From the NCBI GenBank assembly GCA_030141605.1, contig JAQGDQ010001052.1:1-64000 (forward strand): DNA of 64,000 nt. Reading direction: 5' to 3'. Both the position numbers and the translations under genes were made by a program. Source of the stretch: Tubiluchus corallicola (lineage: Eukaryota > Animalia > Priapulida). Of the stretch, positions 13,801 to 26,000 are shown piece by piece (position 1 is the first letter of the stretch; each line of letters begins with the position of its first letter). The notes under the pieces are model-generated. The model had not been told where the DNA came from. It made no database searches and was given only the letters and a program-made list of their open reading frames with translations.

Positions 13801-16800
13801 ATTTTATGACCAATTGTTCCTTCGCTACCCTTTCTCTTGCACCCCCTAACATTTTCCTTTACGTATATTTTTATCGCAATTGTTAATTAACGACAACCGA
13901 ACACAGCTGTCGCTTACATCACAAACTAACCAGTTTTGCGTAATGGCAGGCATCTTCTCTGTGCGTCAAGCACGTTTGCGTAAGCAAAGATCATTACAAG
14001 ACGCTGATGTGATGTCACGAAAATGAGCTCGACGTCACAGACAAACACTGCAGTTCATGATCATGCTTATCACGGTACCACACCTATTTGTCGGGAATTT
14101 GACGAAAAGGTGCCATTGCTAGTCTTAGTGGATTCGCTGAGCTGCACGTAGCTTTGAAAGTTTACAAAATGTAACTATCCGAGGTAATTATTATTATTTA
14201 ACCTAAGATTTGATTTAAAAAAGTCCAAGTTTTCAATATTTTAGAGCATAATTTATTTGAACTAATGTCTACACAATAACTCAGTTTTCCTTTAACATTT
14301 TACTTGATATTACATCTTATGAATGACGTTTAATTTGGCCTTGTACTGTAGGATTCTATTGCAACCATAAACCTTTGTCTTTTTCCATTACTTACACTCA
14401 ATCTGCATTGCTTCAGTTTGTTAATTTCAACATGAAGAAACTTTTGCCACATATTTCATTCTTCATTCTGTTTTAAATCGCTTAACAGTAAACAATCTTA
14501 CTATCAAAACTCGTTACAACTTTGAGCAATTGTGTTTTTTACGTACCGCACGTGTCTCGCCATCCCTCAATGAAGTCACATGCAAACATTATGTTCTTAA
14601 GCAAAAAGGCTTGCACGGGAGCGATCACAGCACATGGACCACCGTCATACTGTACCAATGCTGTAGGCTCGTTCTCGCTAAACACGAAACCTGAAATATA
14701 ATATTTAATAGTATAAATTTGAATTGAAATAAATTGTTAGAGGACAGCCATGTACGTACTAATCTTATACATGCGTACTTTAAACAACAAATGATCTAGA
14801 ATTACGAAACAGCAAAAACTTCAATGGATATTATAATTCACAACTCAATACAATCACAATTAATGCACAGTATTTTGGCTGCCGGGTTTATGAAGCAGCT
14901 GCAATAGAATAATAAAAGTTCCACAAAAATCAAAATGACATTTTAAATGTTTATGGTAAACAAAAGCTTTGCAAACAATGATAGTTACTGCACAGACTGC
15001 ACAGACTGTGAAAGACAGGATTGGTGGTGGTACAGTAAATAATCAATAATCATTACATCTACTAGGGTTTGTAATGTTATACCTGAACTGAACAATCATT
15101 TATCAATATAAGGGCAGCTGATGTACTGTAACTACTGTTAATGTATACAACTTTATGCAACCAGTCTGTGATGAATGAAGCCATGCTTATGTACTGTAAC
15201 TACTGTTAATGTATACAACTTTATACAACCAGTCTGTGATGAATGAAGCCATGCTTATGTACTGTAACTACTGTTAATGTATACAACTTTATACAACCAG
15301 TCTGTGATGAATGAAGCCATGCTTATGTACTGTAACTACTGTTAATGTATACAACTTTATACAACCAGTCTGTGATGAATGAAGCCATGCTTATGTACTG
15401 TAACTACTGTTAATGTATACAACTTTATACAACCAGTCTGTGATGAATGAAGCCATGCTTATGTACTGTAACTACTGTTAATGTATACAACTTTATACAA
15501 CCAGTCTGTGATGAATGAAGCCATGCTTATGTACTGTAACTACTGTTAATGTATACAACTTTATACAACCAGTCAGATGATATTACTTTATGCATCTGAA
15601 TTTTCTTCACAAACATGCTTATCACTGCGCTAGCCACAAATGAAATGTTTAACTATGAAGACAGCGATTCGTTCTTTTTACTCAAGTGGCTTAGCAACTG
15701 CTTGTAGCACCGGGGGGCAAAAAACTTCTGGCGCCCTGCCCTTTTTAATGTTTTGAACATTTGTTTCGTGGGTGAAATCACAAAATGTGCGTGTTTTTGC
15801 ATCTCCCACCCTGACCTTCCCTTTTTGACATGATGGGATAAAGATAAACGAATTTCTTCAAAGATCACCCAGAGTTTGATTTGTGGTACTGCAGCAGAGT
15901 AACTCTTTTCTAGGCATTAGTTGCTCATAACAGTCCTTAAACATTCAGCTCCAACATTAAAACATGCAAAGATTATGAAAGATACAGAACACTACAGGTT
16001 TTCACAATAATACAATCTGCATTTAGAAGAATGTCACCGTTTCTTCCAAAATTATCTATCAGCCACACGACATCTTACACATTAGCACTTTTTTCTAGGC
16101 TGTATATACATGTAGTAAGTAAGTCAGCTACGATGATCTCTGACTAGGTAATTTTGTTATAGTTTGAAAATTTTTGTTAATGTTGGATTAGTAATTAATA
16201 GTTAACAGTCATTGAGCTATACGTAGGGTGCCGAGTAACACACTAGCTGAAGTAGGACACTTTCGGTAAAACGCATGTGCTAAATTTGTGGAAAAGCAGT
16301 GTCGTACATGGGCAGCCCAAGTAGGGCACTAGCGATTTCTGTCGAGAATCGAGATCTATGACATAATAAAACATAAAACTAAATTTGTTTTAGAAAAAAG
16401 TAACTTTATAATAATGATGGATAGTCCTTGACAATTTACTTTTTACAACAATATCATCATTATTATTTGCTCCATTAACAATTATCATCATAACATTAAA
16501 CTAAGCATCTAATGCTTTAAAGAGAGAAACTACGTAGTTCACATAACTCGCTAACCCATTTACTTAGTAGAAAATAATTATTTGTCCAAGAAGGCGTGAA
16601 AGGAATCACCTGTCTGTGAAGGAAGATAAAATAAAAAATGATATACCTTAACCAAATGTTGGAATCACCTAAAAAGTGCGCTTATTTCACTTCAAGGAAG
16701 ATTAATATTGGCAAAATTATACTAATTCAGAATAAAATTCGTTTATTTTATCAGATGTATAATAAATTATTCAACATGTATTGACGTGTTTAATTATTAT

Positions 16801-19800
16801 TATTACATAAAAAGGACAATGGACGGTGCCAGTGCGATTAACGCCTCAATTCGCGACCGCTCTCTAGTGTCCTATGTGGGCAGCCCATGTAAGATGTGTC
16901 CTACTTGGGCTAGCCCATGTGTGCCAATTGTCCAACTTCGGTTAGTGGATTACTCGGCGCCCAACACTATAGATAGATTTTGCGTCCTCTCACCCTAGCA
17001 CCCTGCGCCCCACCTTGTCACACCTCTGTTTTACTCAGCAGATCAAAATTGCATTAGTTCATTAAAACTATTGTTTAGATAGATGAATATCCGACTCAGT
17101 AACTTATAGAAATGCAACCGCAGTTCCAAAGTGTCACTTAATGCCAAATAAAAAACAGGTATCACCGTTTCATTAGTCCGTCCATAAATGGGCAAAGTGA
17201 GACATTTTCAAAAACTGTAGTTATCGTCGTCGTCGGCGGCTTTCACTCGTTTCCGAGTATTGTCCTTTCGGTCGAAGTTACTAGCTGTGGTGGGCACGTT
17301 AGTGTTAACAGCCCGATCCTTGCTCGAAACATTCTGGTGCATTTGTCACATTGGATGGTGGGAGTTACCTGAGGTTGACGGGCCTTCTCTTTCCTTCGTT
17401 GACGTTTGGCTTCAATTGCTGCTCGTCTGGTTGTTTCAAAATGCTCAGTCCCTTCCTGGATGACTCTTCTCCACTTTGTTCGCTGCCGCGCTGTCTGTTC
17501 CCAGGTTTCTGGATCGATCCTTGCTGATTGCAGGGTTTCTTTTAGTTGGTCCTTGTAGCGGCGCCTAGGGCGGCCCAGGGGGCGTTTTCCAGTGCTCAGC
17601 TCACTAAAGAGGATCCTTCGGGGAAGTCTGTTTTCGTCCATACGTGCTACATGACCTGCCCACCTTAGCCGATGTTTCGTAATCATAGCTTCTATACTAG
17701 TGGTGTTGAATCTCTCGAGAACTGAATTATTGGTGACATAATCATCCCATCTGATGTTGGAAACTGAGCGAAGCTTTTTCTGGTGGAACCGTTCGAGTTT
17801 TTTCAGGTCTTGGCGGTACAGAGTCCATGTTTCACATCCGTAAAGGAGTGTGGAAACGACAATAGCATTATAGACCATCAGCTTGGTTCGACGAGTTAGA
17901 TGAGCATTACCAAAGACACGGGTTGAGAGTCTGCCGAAAGCGGCATGGGCAGCTCTAAGCCTATTTTCCACATCCTTTGTTGAGTTGCACTGGACGGAGA
18001 GTAGACTGCCCAGGTACGGGAAATGTTCAACACATTCTAGACCTGCACCATTAATGGAAACGTTACATACTGGTGTGTCTGCTTCAGGTGATGGTTGGAC
18101 AATAACTTTGGTTTTTCCTATGTTGACTGTAAGGCCAAAGCGAGAATATGCGTCACAGAAGTTGCTGACTGATTGTTGCAGGTGATTGGCTGAGTGGGCT
18201 GGTGCCGCATTATCATCCGCATATTGCAGCTCTGTCACTCTGAAGGTTGTGGTGCAGTTCCTGGCTCGAAAACGCGACAGATTGAAGAGCCCCCCATCAA
18301 AGCGGCATCTCAATTCCACCCCTGGATTGTCTGGTGGAAGGTCATGAAGCATAGCAGTGAGATAGAGTGAAAAGAGCGTTGGTGCGAGAACACAGCCTTG
18401 TTTTAGTCCACAAGTGATTGGGAACTCTTCTGAGATAGTGTTTTGGTTGATAACACGTGCCGTCATACCATCATGCATAGCTTGTATCATCTTGATGAAG
18501 TCATCTGGAAGACTAAAACGTTGCAGGACAGCCCACATGGCTTCTCTCGGAACGCTGTCATAGGCTTTTTCTAAGTCATAGAACATGAGGAAGAGAGGCT
18601 TCCGCTGCTCACGGGCCTTTTCCTGCAGTTGTCGCGCACAGAAGATCATATCAATGGTCCCACGTAAAGCTCGGAACCCACACTGAGATTCAGGTATGAT
18701 CCTTTCTGCAACCTCCTGAAGACGGTTCAAGATAATTCTTGACAGAATCTTTCCGGCAATTGAAAGCAGTGATATCCCCCTGTAGTTTCCACACAGGTTG
18801 CGATCCCCCTTTTTAAAGATAGTGACAATGAGTGCGTTTTTCAGGTCATCTGGGACTCGTTTTGCTTCCCACATTTGAAGCATCAGGTTGAACAGTCGGT
18901 TCTTGAGAGCAGGTCCACCATGACTGATGAGTTCCACTTGGATATTGTCGGGTCCAGCAGCCTTCCCTCGAGGCATACGCTTAATGGCTGTTTCAAACTC
19001 AATAAAGTTGGGTGGAACCGATAACTGGGGTTGCAGGGGATGCTGTGGAACATTCCTTAGGAAGTCAGCTGCTGTCGTTGAGTTCCGGTTTAGCAAGGTA
19101 TTAAAGTGCTGTTTCCATCGGTCAAGAATATCTTGGCTCTCGGTCAGGAGGGTGGTGTTGTCGGCTGACATAAGAGTTCCCACTGATGTTCTTCTAGGAC
19201 CATAGATCTCCTTGGTGCCTGCGTAGAAACTTCTAAGGTCTCTGCAATCTGCATGATGTTGAAGATCTTCTGCCTTCTGTTGCCACCAGTTGTTTTGGAG
19301 CTCCCTCATTCTGGACTGACATTGGCTTTTCAGTTGTTGGAACCTGACTTTCTTCTCGAATGACATGGGATGCTGCTCATGGTCTATGAAGGTCTATATA
19401 ACTGTATAACTGTATAACTATATAACTGGTCTATATAACTGTAGTTATATATACTACACATTTCACTGGAGTGGTAAATATCAGTTGGTAACCCATGTAT
19501 ATATATTATCTTGTTTGCAAGCGAGTATTTAAAAATATCTATACAATCACAGTTTTATACTATTTGGAATTATGACCTCTTAAAACGAGACTAAGCATGT
19601 ATGTAAAAAACATTAAATTGATGGCCTAAATAATTAAGATCAGGACACATTTTGCGACTAGTTTTAAATTACAATCTAGTTTCTAGAGCCAAGGTTGTAG
19701 TAGTCGATGGTCAACCAAAAGAGCAACCGGTCTTTTTTCAGGTCACACATACATCACAAAAAGCAGTAACATTGTTTGGGACCATTATAATGATCATTAG

Positions 19801-21122
19801 CACAAGTTAAATACAGTTGCCAATAGGCATGGCTGCAGTTATGGAAATAATCATAACAAACGTTCTTGATTTCATATATTTGACTCGAATTCAGAAATCA
19901 GACGAGTCTGCCACTACAACATCAGTCACTTATCATGTCGCACCTATATTTGCCGTACAATATGATACAGATAGCAATTCAAGTGTGCCAAGCCTCTGAA
20001 TTTAGGAAGCCTATAATTTAGCATGGTTAATACCAATTAGTATTGTTGGGAGCCGAGTGGACCACTGAGCCAAGTAGACCAATTGGTCTACTTGGGCTGC
20101 CCAAGTAGGACACTAGAGACAGGTCGCGAATTGAGTCGTTAAGTGTACTGACACCGTCAGTTGTCCTTGTTTATGTAATAATAATAATTAAAAACGTTAG
20201 TACACGTTGAATAATTTATTATACATCTAATAAAATAAAAGAATTTTATTCTGAGCTGGTAGAACGGAAATATTAAATTTGATTTCGATATTAATGTTGT
20301 TAAAGTGAAAAAAAAACACTTTTTTGCGAATTCAACATTTGTTTAAGGTATATCACTTTTGATTTTGTCTCACTTCACAAACAGGTGATCCGTTTCACTA
20401 CCTCTTGGGCAAATAATTGTTTTCTTATAAGTAAACGTTCTAGCAATCTATGTGTCCTACATGGGCTAGCGAGCCATGTAGGACAGTGCCCTACATGTTA
20501 CAATACTACTGATAATATTAAAACTAATTATCCTTGCTTTTCCTAAATGTTAAAAATTACTTTTTGGTGTTGTGAAGGCTTAGCAGCATCTGTCTCATTT
20601 TTAAATTTGCAATTATTTCTGTAATAACTGTGTGCAGAATTTCTCTCTTTGAAGCATTAGATACTAGTTTTAATGTTATGATATATTAATGGAGTTAATC
20701 ATAATGATGAAATTAATGTAAGAAATGCATTTGTAAATTGCCAAGGAATATCAATTTCTAAAAGAAATTTTGTTTTATGCTTTATTGTGTCATAAGATTA
20801 AGAATACTTATATTATAATTATAAACAATGGTACTAATATGAACTGGAAACAAGTTTTGCCAGAGCAAGTTTCTCGACAAAAATCGCTAGTGTCCTACTT
20901 GGGCTGCCCATGTAGGACACTACTTTTAGCGCATCGGTTTTACCGGAAGTGGTCTACTTGGCTCAGTGGTCCACTCGGCTCCCTACAAGTATAACTATAC
21001 CCACCTTGGCACCATCTTTGAAAAACGTCTTCCTTCATAAGAGGTCCCCAAACCAATTCTTTTAGTATCTTAAGAAGGTCCGCTGACACGGCTATACTAT
21101 TTTCACTAGAGTGCGATGCCAT
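1898..21122 (-). CDS. MINDY3: Ubiquitin carboxyl-terminal hydrolase MINDY-3 (FAM188A), complete. 11 coding exons in transcript order: 21005-21122, 14547-14690, 13154-13352, 12346-12460, 11324-11477, 10256-10326, 9633-9713, 8121-8193, 6659-6731, 3917-4079, 1898-2044
   Basis: All introns are GT-AG with consistent phases; the exons sum to 1338 nt (445 aa plus stop). Recognised motifs: FQRWCQGFVFSENEPTALVQYDGGPCAVIAPVQAFLLK (catalytic Cys), GVILFLYSVLLTKG, PLIDPIHGHGSQSLINLLLTGQA, VGWFLKCPKFPIWLMGSETHLT (catalytic His), EF-hand-like FDPEGNGFI, and C-terminus CLQTKW...PSLN. Confidence 0.95.
2108..2765. repeat. Dispersed repeat; second copy at about 61872-62495
   Basis: Collinear blocks such as AAAATCACTGTTAAAGTCAGCCATTGTTTTT and AACCGC(G/A)CAAATGTTGGTTGCTA. 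Confidence 0.7.
4116..4664. repeat. Degenerate 13-bp tandem repeat (GTGACCTTGATGT), about 42 copies, with 39-bp higher-order blocks
   Basis: Direct periodicity. Confidence 0.9.
4839..6716. repeat. 130-bp tandem array, about 14.4 nearly identical copies, overlapping the MINDY3 exon 9 donor
   Basis: TGGAGGATCA recurs at 4841, 4971, 5101 ... 6661. Confidence 0.97.
6874..7469. mobile_element. hAT-type MITE, same family as 41720-42103, opposite orientation
   Basis: TIR TAGGGTTATCATA / TATGGTAACCCTA and shared internal segments (GGATTGAGGCAAAACCCGGACAAACTGCC). The TSD is degenerate. Confidence 0.75.
8450..8749. mobile_element. About 300-bp MITE-like repeat; inverted copies at about 12570-12873 and 53345-53605
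   Basis: Inverted ends GGTCAAAGGTTAAGTGTACC / GGTACACTCAACCTTTGACC and shared core GATTTACTAGCAGGATCTTGCTTGGGAACAA. Confidence 0.65.
8929..9048 (+). rRNA. 5S rRNA-like sequence (SINE head, probably not a functional 5S gene)
   Basis: CTATGGCCATATCACATTGAAAACAAAGGTTCTCGTCTGATCACCGAAGTTAAGCAACGTAGAGCCTGGTTAGTACTTGCATGGGTGACAGCCTAGGAACACCAGGTGCTGTAGGCTT follows the invertebrate 5S pattern with several substitutions. Confidence 0.7.
8929..9442 (+). mobile_element. 5S rRNA-derived SINE (SINE3) with an RTE-derived 3' part
   Basis: 120-nt 5S head with no oligo-T terminator and a roughly 390-nt body. The tail encodes SRIALLSHSRRC and ends CCATTGTCTTCCGAGACAGAAGGATGCCAACAACAA. Imperfect flanking duplication agggttggga / agggttaggga. 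Confidence 0.8.
9745..10160. repeat. Dispersed repeat; longer copy at about 48547-49370
   Basis: Shared AACTTAAAATCCAACTC, GAGGTCACCAAAGATCGGTAAACAAACATCG and TACGTCATTCTCGCT. Confidence 0.65.
10818..11137. repeat. 68-bp tandem array, about 4.7 copies
   Basis: TGTGAA recurs at 10831, 10899, 10967 and onward. Confidence 0.85.
11531..12263. mobile_element. TTAA-flanked (piggyBac-like) MITE; further copies at about 44200-44930 and 57777-58509 (reverse)
   Basis: Ends ACTCCTTCAGGAC...CTGAAGGAATTAA; shared internal blocks such as CTATCCAGACACAACACTCTGATAAAC across three copies. Confidence 0.7.
15120..15574. repeat. 68-bp tandem array, about 6.7 copies
   Basis: ATGTACTGTAAC recurs at 15121, 15189, 15257 and onward. 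Confidence 0.95.
16226..16962. mobile_element. Diverged inverted copy of the 20048-20983 MITE
   Basis: Ends GGGTGCCGAGTAA...TTACTCGGCGCCC; internal segments align in reverse with 20048-20983. Confidence 0.7.
17225..19395 (-). mobile_element. 5'-truncated RTE-clade (BovB-like) non-LTR retrotransposon in MINDY3 intron 1
   Basis: RT ORF, short 3' end with a (GAC)n tail, and a 12-bp TSD AACTGTAGTTAT at 17213-17224 and 19437-19448. The endonuclease domain is missing. Confidence 0.93.
17243..19366 (-). CDS. Reverse transcriptase ORF fragment of the RTE element (707 aa, N-terminally truncated)
   Basis: Motifs GKAAGPDNI, NYRGISLLS, QCGFR, DLEKAYDSV, GLKQGCVLAP, LQYADD, YGCETW, RLRWAGHVARM and terminal CDKC...RIGL zinc-finger remnant. 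Confidence 0.9.
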   Translation of the reverse strand: MSFEKKVRFQQLKSQCQSRMRELQNNWWQQKAEDLQHHADCRDLRSFYAGTKEIYGPRRTSVGTLMSADNTTLLTESQDILDRWKQHFNTLLNRNSTTAADFLRNVPQHPLQPQLSVPPNFIEFETAIKRMPRGKAAGPDNIQVELISHGGPALKNRLFNLMLQMWEAKRVPDDLKNALIVTIFKKGDRNLCGNYRGISLLSIAGKILSRIILNRLQEVAERIIPESQCGFRALRGTIDMIFCARQLQEKAREQRKPLFLMFYDLEKAYDSVPREAMWAVLQRFSLPDDFIKMIQAMHDGMTARVINQNTISEEFPITCGLKQGCVLAPTLFSLYLTAMLHDLPPDNPGVELRCRFDGGLFNLSRFRARNCTTTFRVTELQYADDNAAPAHSANHLQQSVSNFCDAYSRFGLTVNIGKTKVIVQPSPEADTPVCNVSINGAGLECVEHFPYLGSLLSVQCNSTKDVENRLRAAHAAFGRLSTRVFGNAHLTRRTKLMVYNAIVVSTLLYGCETWTLYRQDLKKLERFHQKKLRSVSNIRWDDYVTNNSVLERFNTTSIEAMITKHRLRWAGHVARMDENRLPRRILFSELSTGKRPLGRPRRRYKDQLKETLQSARIDPETWEQTARQRTKWRRVIQEGTEHFETTRRAAIEAKRQRRKEKARQPQVTPTIQCDKCTRMFRARIGLLTLTCPPQLVTSTERTILGNE
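20048..20983. mobile_element. MITE with about 34-bp TIRs, immediately after the MINDY3 exon 1 donor
   Basis: GGGAGCCGAGTGGACCACTGAGCCAAGTAGACCA and its exact reverse complement at the other end. Confidence 0.8.
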
Positions 21123-21419
21123 ATGGCCTTTATCATTGGCCCGCTGGCCAAAAATTTCCTAAAATTTTTGCAAATTTCACCAGTACGTCGCCATTTTAAT
21201 TTACGAGAAAGCACAGGAAAGATTGTTTTAATAAAAAATAAAATTCTACAAAAATGGCGCAGAATACTCTTGAGTATCAACCAAATTAAAAAATATTTAA
21301 AACTTGTTACATTGACATACAAATTTTTTTTTAATTTGGCAATACTAATATTTACGTTTTTTAGTTGAAAACTTTCGTCACAAGCAACGCTCAAAGACGT
21401 GTGTATATGGATTGTTACA

Positions 21420-21990
21420 CGTTTTCTAGCAACAGGCGAAAATATATCAATAAGAAAAATTTTAGCATTAGCAGCATATTCCAAATTTAAAAAAATTGAG
21501 AGTAAGAGAATCAGTCTAGAAACAAAATTAAAAATCGTTGCTGCACTTGTAGAAACTGTGTTCTGTACAACTCAGATTGTGGACAATCAAAGTACATCAG
21601 AAATCGTTGCAAGAAGAAACTGTAGGAACATTCTGGGAATAAAATTGCCAAAGAAAATAATAAACTAGGATCTGTATAATAAAGTCAAGGTAGAGATTGG
21701 ATAGAGGAATTGACAATTAAAATCAAAAGGAGAAGATTAAGATGGATAGGACCTGTTATACGAGTACCAGGTGACAGTCCGTTAAAATTAGCTTTCAAAG
21801 AAGCACTGCAGGAGAAAAGAAACCACAACGAGGACAACTGATGGCTTACATCAATTTCATCCAGAAAAGTCTTATCAGCCCAACATTAGATATCAAAAAT
21901 ACAGAGACACGGAAGGTTGCGGGTGACATGGTTCAAGTAATAGCAAGAGTCATGTCAGAGGACGTGTGACTCCAGAGATGATGATGATAT
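21420..21990 (+). pseudogene. Decayed RTE-like LINE 3' fragment between MINDY3 and LCMT2
   Basis: Interrupted peptides ISLETKLKIVAALVETVF, RNILGIKLPKKIIN*DLY and RRRLRWIGPVIR, then a (GAT)n tail. Confidence 0.6.
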
Positions 21991-23020
21991 AGATAGATAG
22001 AAAATTATTAGGTAGTAAATGGCCTGACAGAATAAGTGGGTGATATATTTTAATTGTATACTTGTTGAATTTGAGTAGATGGTCAAGGTCACTAGTCACT
22101 TAAATCTGCTTTCTACACAAAAACTGGCTTCTTTCTTTTAACTAATAACAGAATTTTAACTACAAGCTTCCCATTTTGGAAACCTAAGTGTTGCCTAATG
22201 TTAATTTATTTTAGGTTAGGCTGGAAAGAAATAGTGGCAACATTGTTTGATGTCTATGGATGTGACCTTGTAAGACATTGATGCGTTTTATAATCTGGCG
22301 GTCATGACAACACCAGTAAGTATGATTGTTTTTGGTAGTGGTAAAATGTTGCTGTTTCCACTGCTTCGGAAACAGGAAAAGAGAAGCGTTTATGGAACGT
22401 ACGGCATTGCTTAAAGGAAAGAACAAGTCACTTAGTATGTTGGGTTTATTTTACTGTTATCAGTTAAAAATATAACAAAGAAATTTGCAAAGAATTGCAT
22501 AAATTTAAAATATGCTACCTCTGAATAGAAATTTTCGTGCCCGATAGTTGCCGCTATTCTCTTGAAAGTCATGATGTAACTGGGAGGTTTGTGACTTGTC
22601 GTAAATGTGCCATCGCTCTGCTTCAAATTCAAACTTCTACAGCTTACCTAATGTTCATACAAAAATCTTACAAAATTTTTTGTTTTGTAAAAACTTAATA
22701 TACTTTTGGTGAAGATTGACAGCGCTACTTTTCTTCAAGACGAATGACATCACTGGAAGAAGAATTGCCATTGAAAATGGGAGCGCCCAAGCATGAAATG
22801 ATCGCGAATTTAAAGTGATTCTACTAGTTACACGAAGCACACTTATCACACTTTTATTAATAAATCCTTCTAACATTTTTTGTGAACGTTAAAATAAGCC
22901 TAACCTCCTAGAAGGCTTGTTCTTCCCTTTAATAACTAATTCCTTAACTATGTTGTCTAGAAATGCATTAGTGTCATTGTATTACACATTGACCTGTCTT
23001 ATATAATCTATTGCTTTAAG

Positions 23021-26000
23021 ATTCAAGGCACTAATGATTCAAGCACGACAAGCAAGTGTTCGATGTCACGAGCTGGGTATTTTGATGATGACATCATTTC
23101 CCTTTTTGTTAAAAAGTGCAAACGTCGGACACCCTTGATAAACAGGTATGTCAATAGACTTGTATCTTAAGCCAGTGTAACCACATGTATATCAGCATTT
23201 CACTTAATAACTCATAATGAGATTCAGATGACTTGTCAGCCTATCTGAGTCAGAAAATATGTTGCAAAATCTAACCTGTGTAGCTCTAGTAAGTTTCGTG
23301 CTCCAAACTTTGGCTAAAGTTTACAATTTTCCACACGCAAGAAGTTAGTTTGTGAATCGGATTAGGTTGACGGTCAGGATTATGCTTAGGGTTAGTGTTA
23401 GGGTTGGATTAGGGTTAGGATTGGGTTAGGATTAGGATTAGTGTTAGGGTTGGATTAGGGTCAGGGTTCGGTTATGATCAGGGTTAGTGTTAGGGTTGGA
23501 TTCCAGCATTTAAATTGTGGTTTGGAATTGTAAACTCCTTCCCTGAGTTTAAGAAACCAAAGTACTTCTGAATATCAAATATTTTGTTGTTTAATTAATG
23601 GAATAATTGCAAAGACTATTATATTTCTTTGAGCTGGTTGATTAAACATGACTTTTTTAGTTTTTATTTCGTATACAGTTATTACAAAAATATGACACAT
23701 AATAATAAGAAACTAAAGGCAGCACAACAATATACATTGCGTAAATTTTTTGGAAAATAGTTCGACTTTAGTGTAAGATAATTGTGTGTATCCTATAATT
23801 TAAAATATTTTGATAGCTAATATAGTAGGCACCGTATATCAGACTTATAGTAATGTACTATCAATCACGAAACAACGGACTATGTCTATAGTATACAGGA
23901 CTTCTAACGGTCCGGATTTTGTCCGATTTTTCCGATATCCATGAAAACGAGGTCCGGCTACCCAAGATATGAGTGTAGTAATACCATTGTGAAGCAGTTA
24001 TGTAACAGTAATATTAGGTACAAGCCAAGTAAACATACTAAATGGCGATTAATCTTATATACATGATTATTATTTTATTTTATTTATATTGTAGGCAATA
24101 AGGTTATAGAACGTTTAAAAGTTTTTAGCACGTGTTTGTAAATATATATTTAAGATTTGTGTGTGATTGGATGTGTTATGTTATACACTGACAGAGCATA
24201 CAAGTCTTTGATGTGTTATAAGTAAAATCGTTCAGTGCAATACGTTGTTTTTGTTCTAGGGGATATTATGTGAGAGTGAAAACTATTGACAGCCTCATAC
24301 GCAAGTTTCTCCGTATGTTTCAAGACTCGACACAAGTGCAGATCGTTTCATTTGGTGCCGGATTCGATTCTTCGTTTTTTCGACTTCACAGAGACAATCT
24401 GTTGAGCAACACGACTTATTTTGAAGTAGATTTTGTTGACGTATTAAAAAATAAAATCAACCTCATTCGTGAAGCTGAAACATTACAATCTGCAGTTAAG
24501 GACTGGAAGAGCATCTGTAACAATTCTGAGTTACTTGGTAAGTGCAAGCAGTAAAGTAGTTTTTGTAGATGAAGTCTTGTATCAGATGCAGCATTAAAAA
24601 CCTCAAAAATGTTGTTTGGTTAGAGTAATCCAACTGACCGTAATTTCTGGCCGTTGAGTAGAAAAATTTTATTGACATTACAGCTTCAAAAAAACTACTT
24701 TCCATGAAAAGTAACAAAAGAACAAATTTATAGCACAAGAAACATTTGATGACCTAAAACAAGTAAAGATGACAGATTTTTAAAGGACAAGAAACATTCA
24801 ATGACCTAAAACAAGTAAAGATGACAGATTTTTAAAGGACAAGAAACATTCAATGACCTAAAACATGTAAAGATGACAGATTTTTAAAGGACAAGAAACA
24901 TTCAATGACCTAAAACAAGTAAAGATGACAGATTTTTAAAGGACAAGAAACATTCGATGACCTAAAACAAGTAAAGATGACAGATTTTTAAAGGACAAGA
25001 AACATTCGATGATCTAAAACAAGTAAAGATGACAGATTTTTAAAGGACAAGAAACATTCAATGACCTAAAACAAGTAAAGATGACAGATTTTTAAAGGAC
25101 AAGAAACATTCGATGACCTAAAACAAGTAAAGATGACAGATTTTTAAAGGACAAGAAACATTCGATGACCTAAAACAAGTAAAGATGACAGATTTTTAAA
25201 GGACAAGAAACATTTGATGATCTAAAACAAGTAAAGATGACAGATTTTTAAAGGACAAGAAACATTCGATGACCTAAAACAAGTAAAGATGACAGATTTT
25301 TAAAGGACAAGAAACATTCAATGACCTAAAACAAGTAAAGATGACAGATTTTTAAAGGACAAGAAACATTCGATGACCTAAAACAAGTAAAGATGACAGA
25401 TTTTTAAAGGACAAGAAACATTCAATGACCTAAAACAAGTAAAGATGACAGATTTTTAAAGGACAAGAAACATTCGATGACCTAAAACAAGTAAAGATGA
25501 CAGATTTTTAAAGGACAAGAAACATTCGATGACCTAAAACAAGTAAAGATGGCAGATTTTTAAAGGACAAGAAACATTCGATGACCTAAAACAAGTAAAG
25601 ATGACAGATTTTTAAAGAACAAGAAACATTCGATGACCTAAAACAAGTAAAGATGACAGATTTTTAAATTACAAGAAACATTCGATGACCTAAAACAAGT
25701 AAAGATGACAGATTTTTAAAGGACAAGAAACATTCGATGACCTAAAACAAGTAAAGATGACAGATTTTTAAAGGACAAGAAACATTCGATGATCTAAAAC
25801 AAGTAAAGATGACAGATTTTTAAAGGACAAGAAACATTCAATGACCTAAAACAAGTAAAGATGACAGATTTTTAGAGGACAAGAAACATTCGATGACCTA
25901 AAACAAGTAAAGATGACAGATTTTTAAAGGACAAGAAACATTCGATGATCTAAAACAAGTAAAGATGACAGATTTTTAAAGGACTAGAAACATTCAATGA

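Noticed and set aside
17243-19366. Domesticated host RT gene or retron-like system linked to the arrays
   Set aside because: The TSD, 5' truncation and repeat tail mark an ordinary RTE insertion, and no sequence is shared with the arrays.
22392-22434. MERTALLKGKNKSL as the LCMT2 first exon
   Set aside because: Its donor (TTA|GTATGT) gives phase 1, whereas exon 23021 needs phase 0.
23385-23500. Telomere or chromosome fusion scar
   Set aside because: Short, degenerate and enclosed by inverted ends shared with other dispersed copies.
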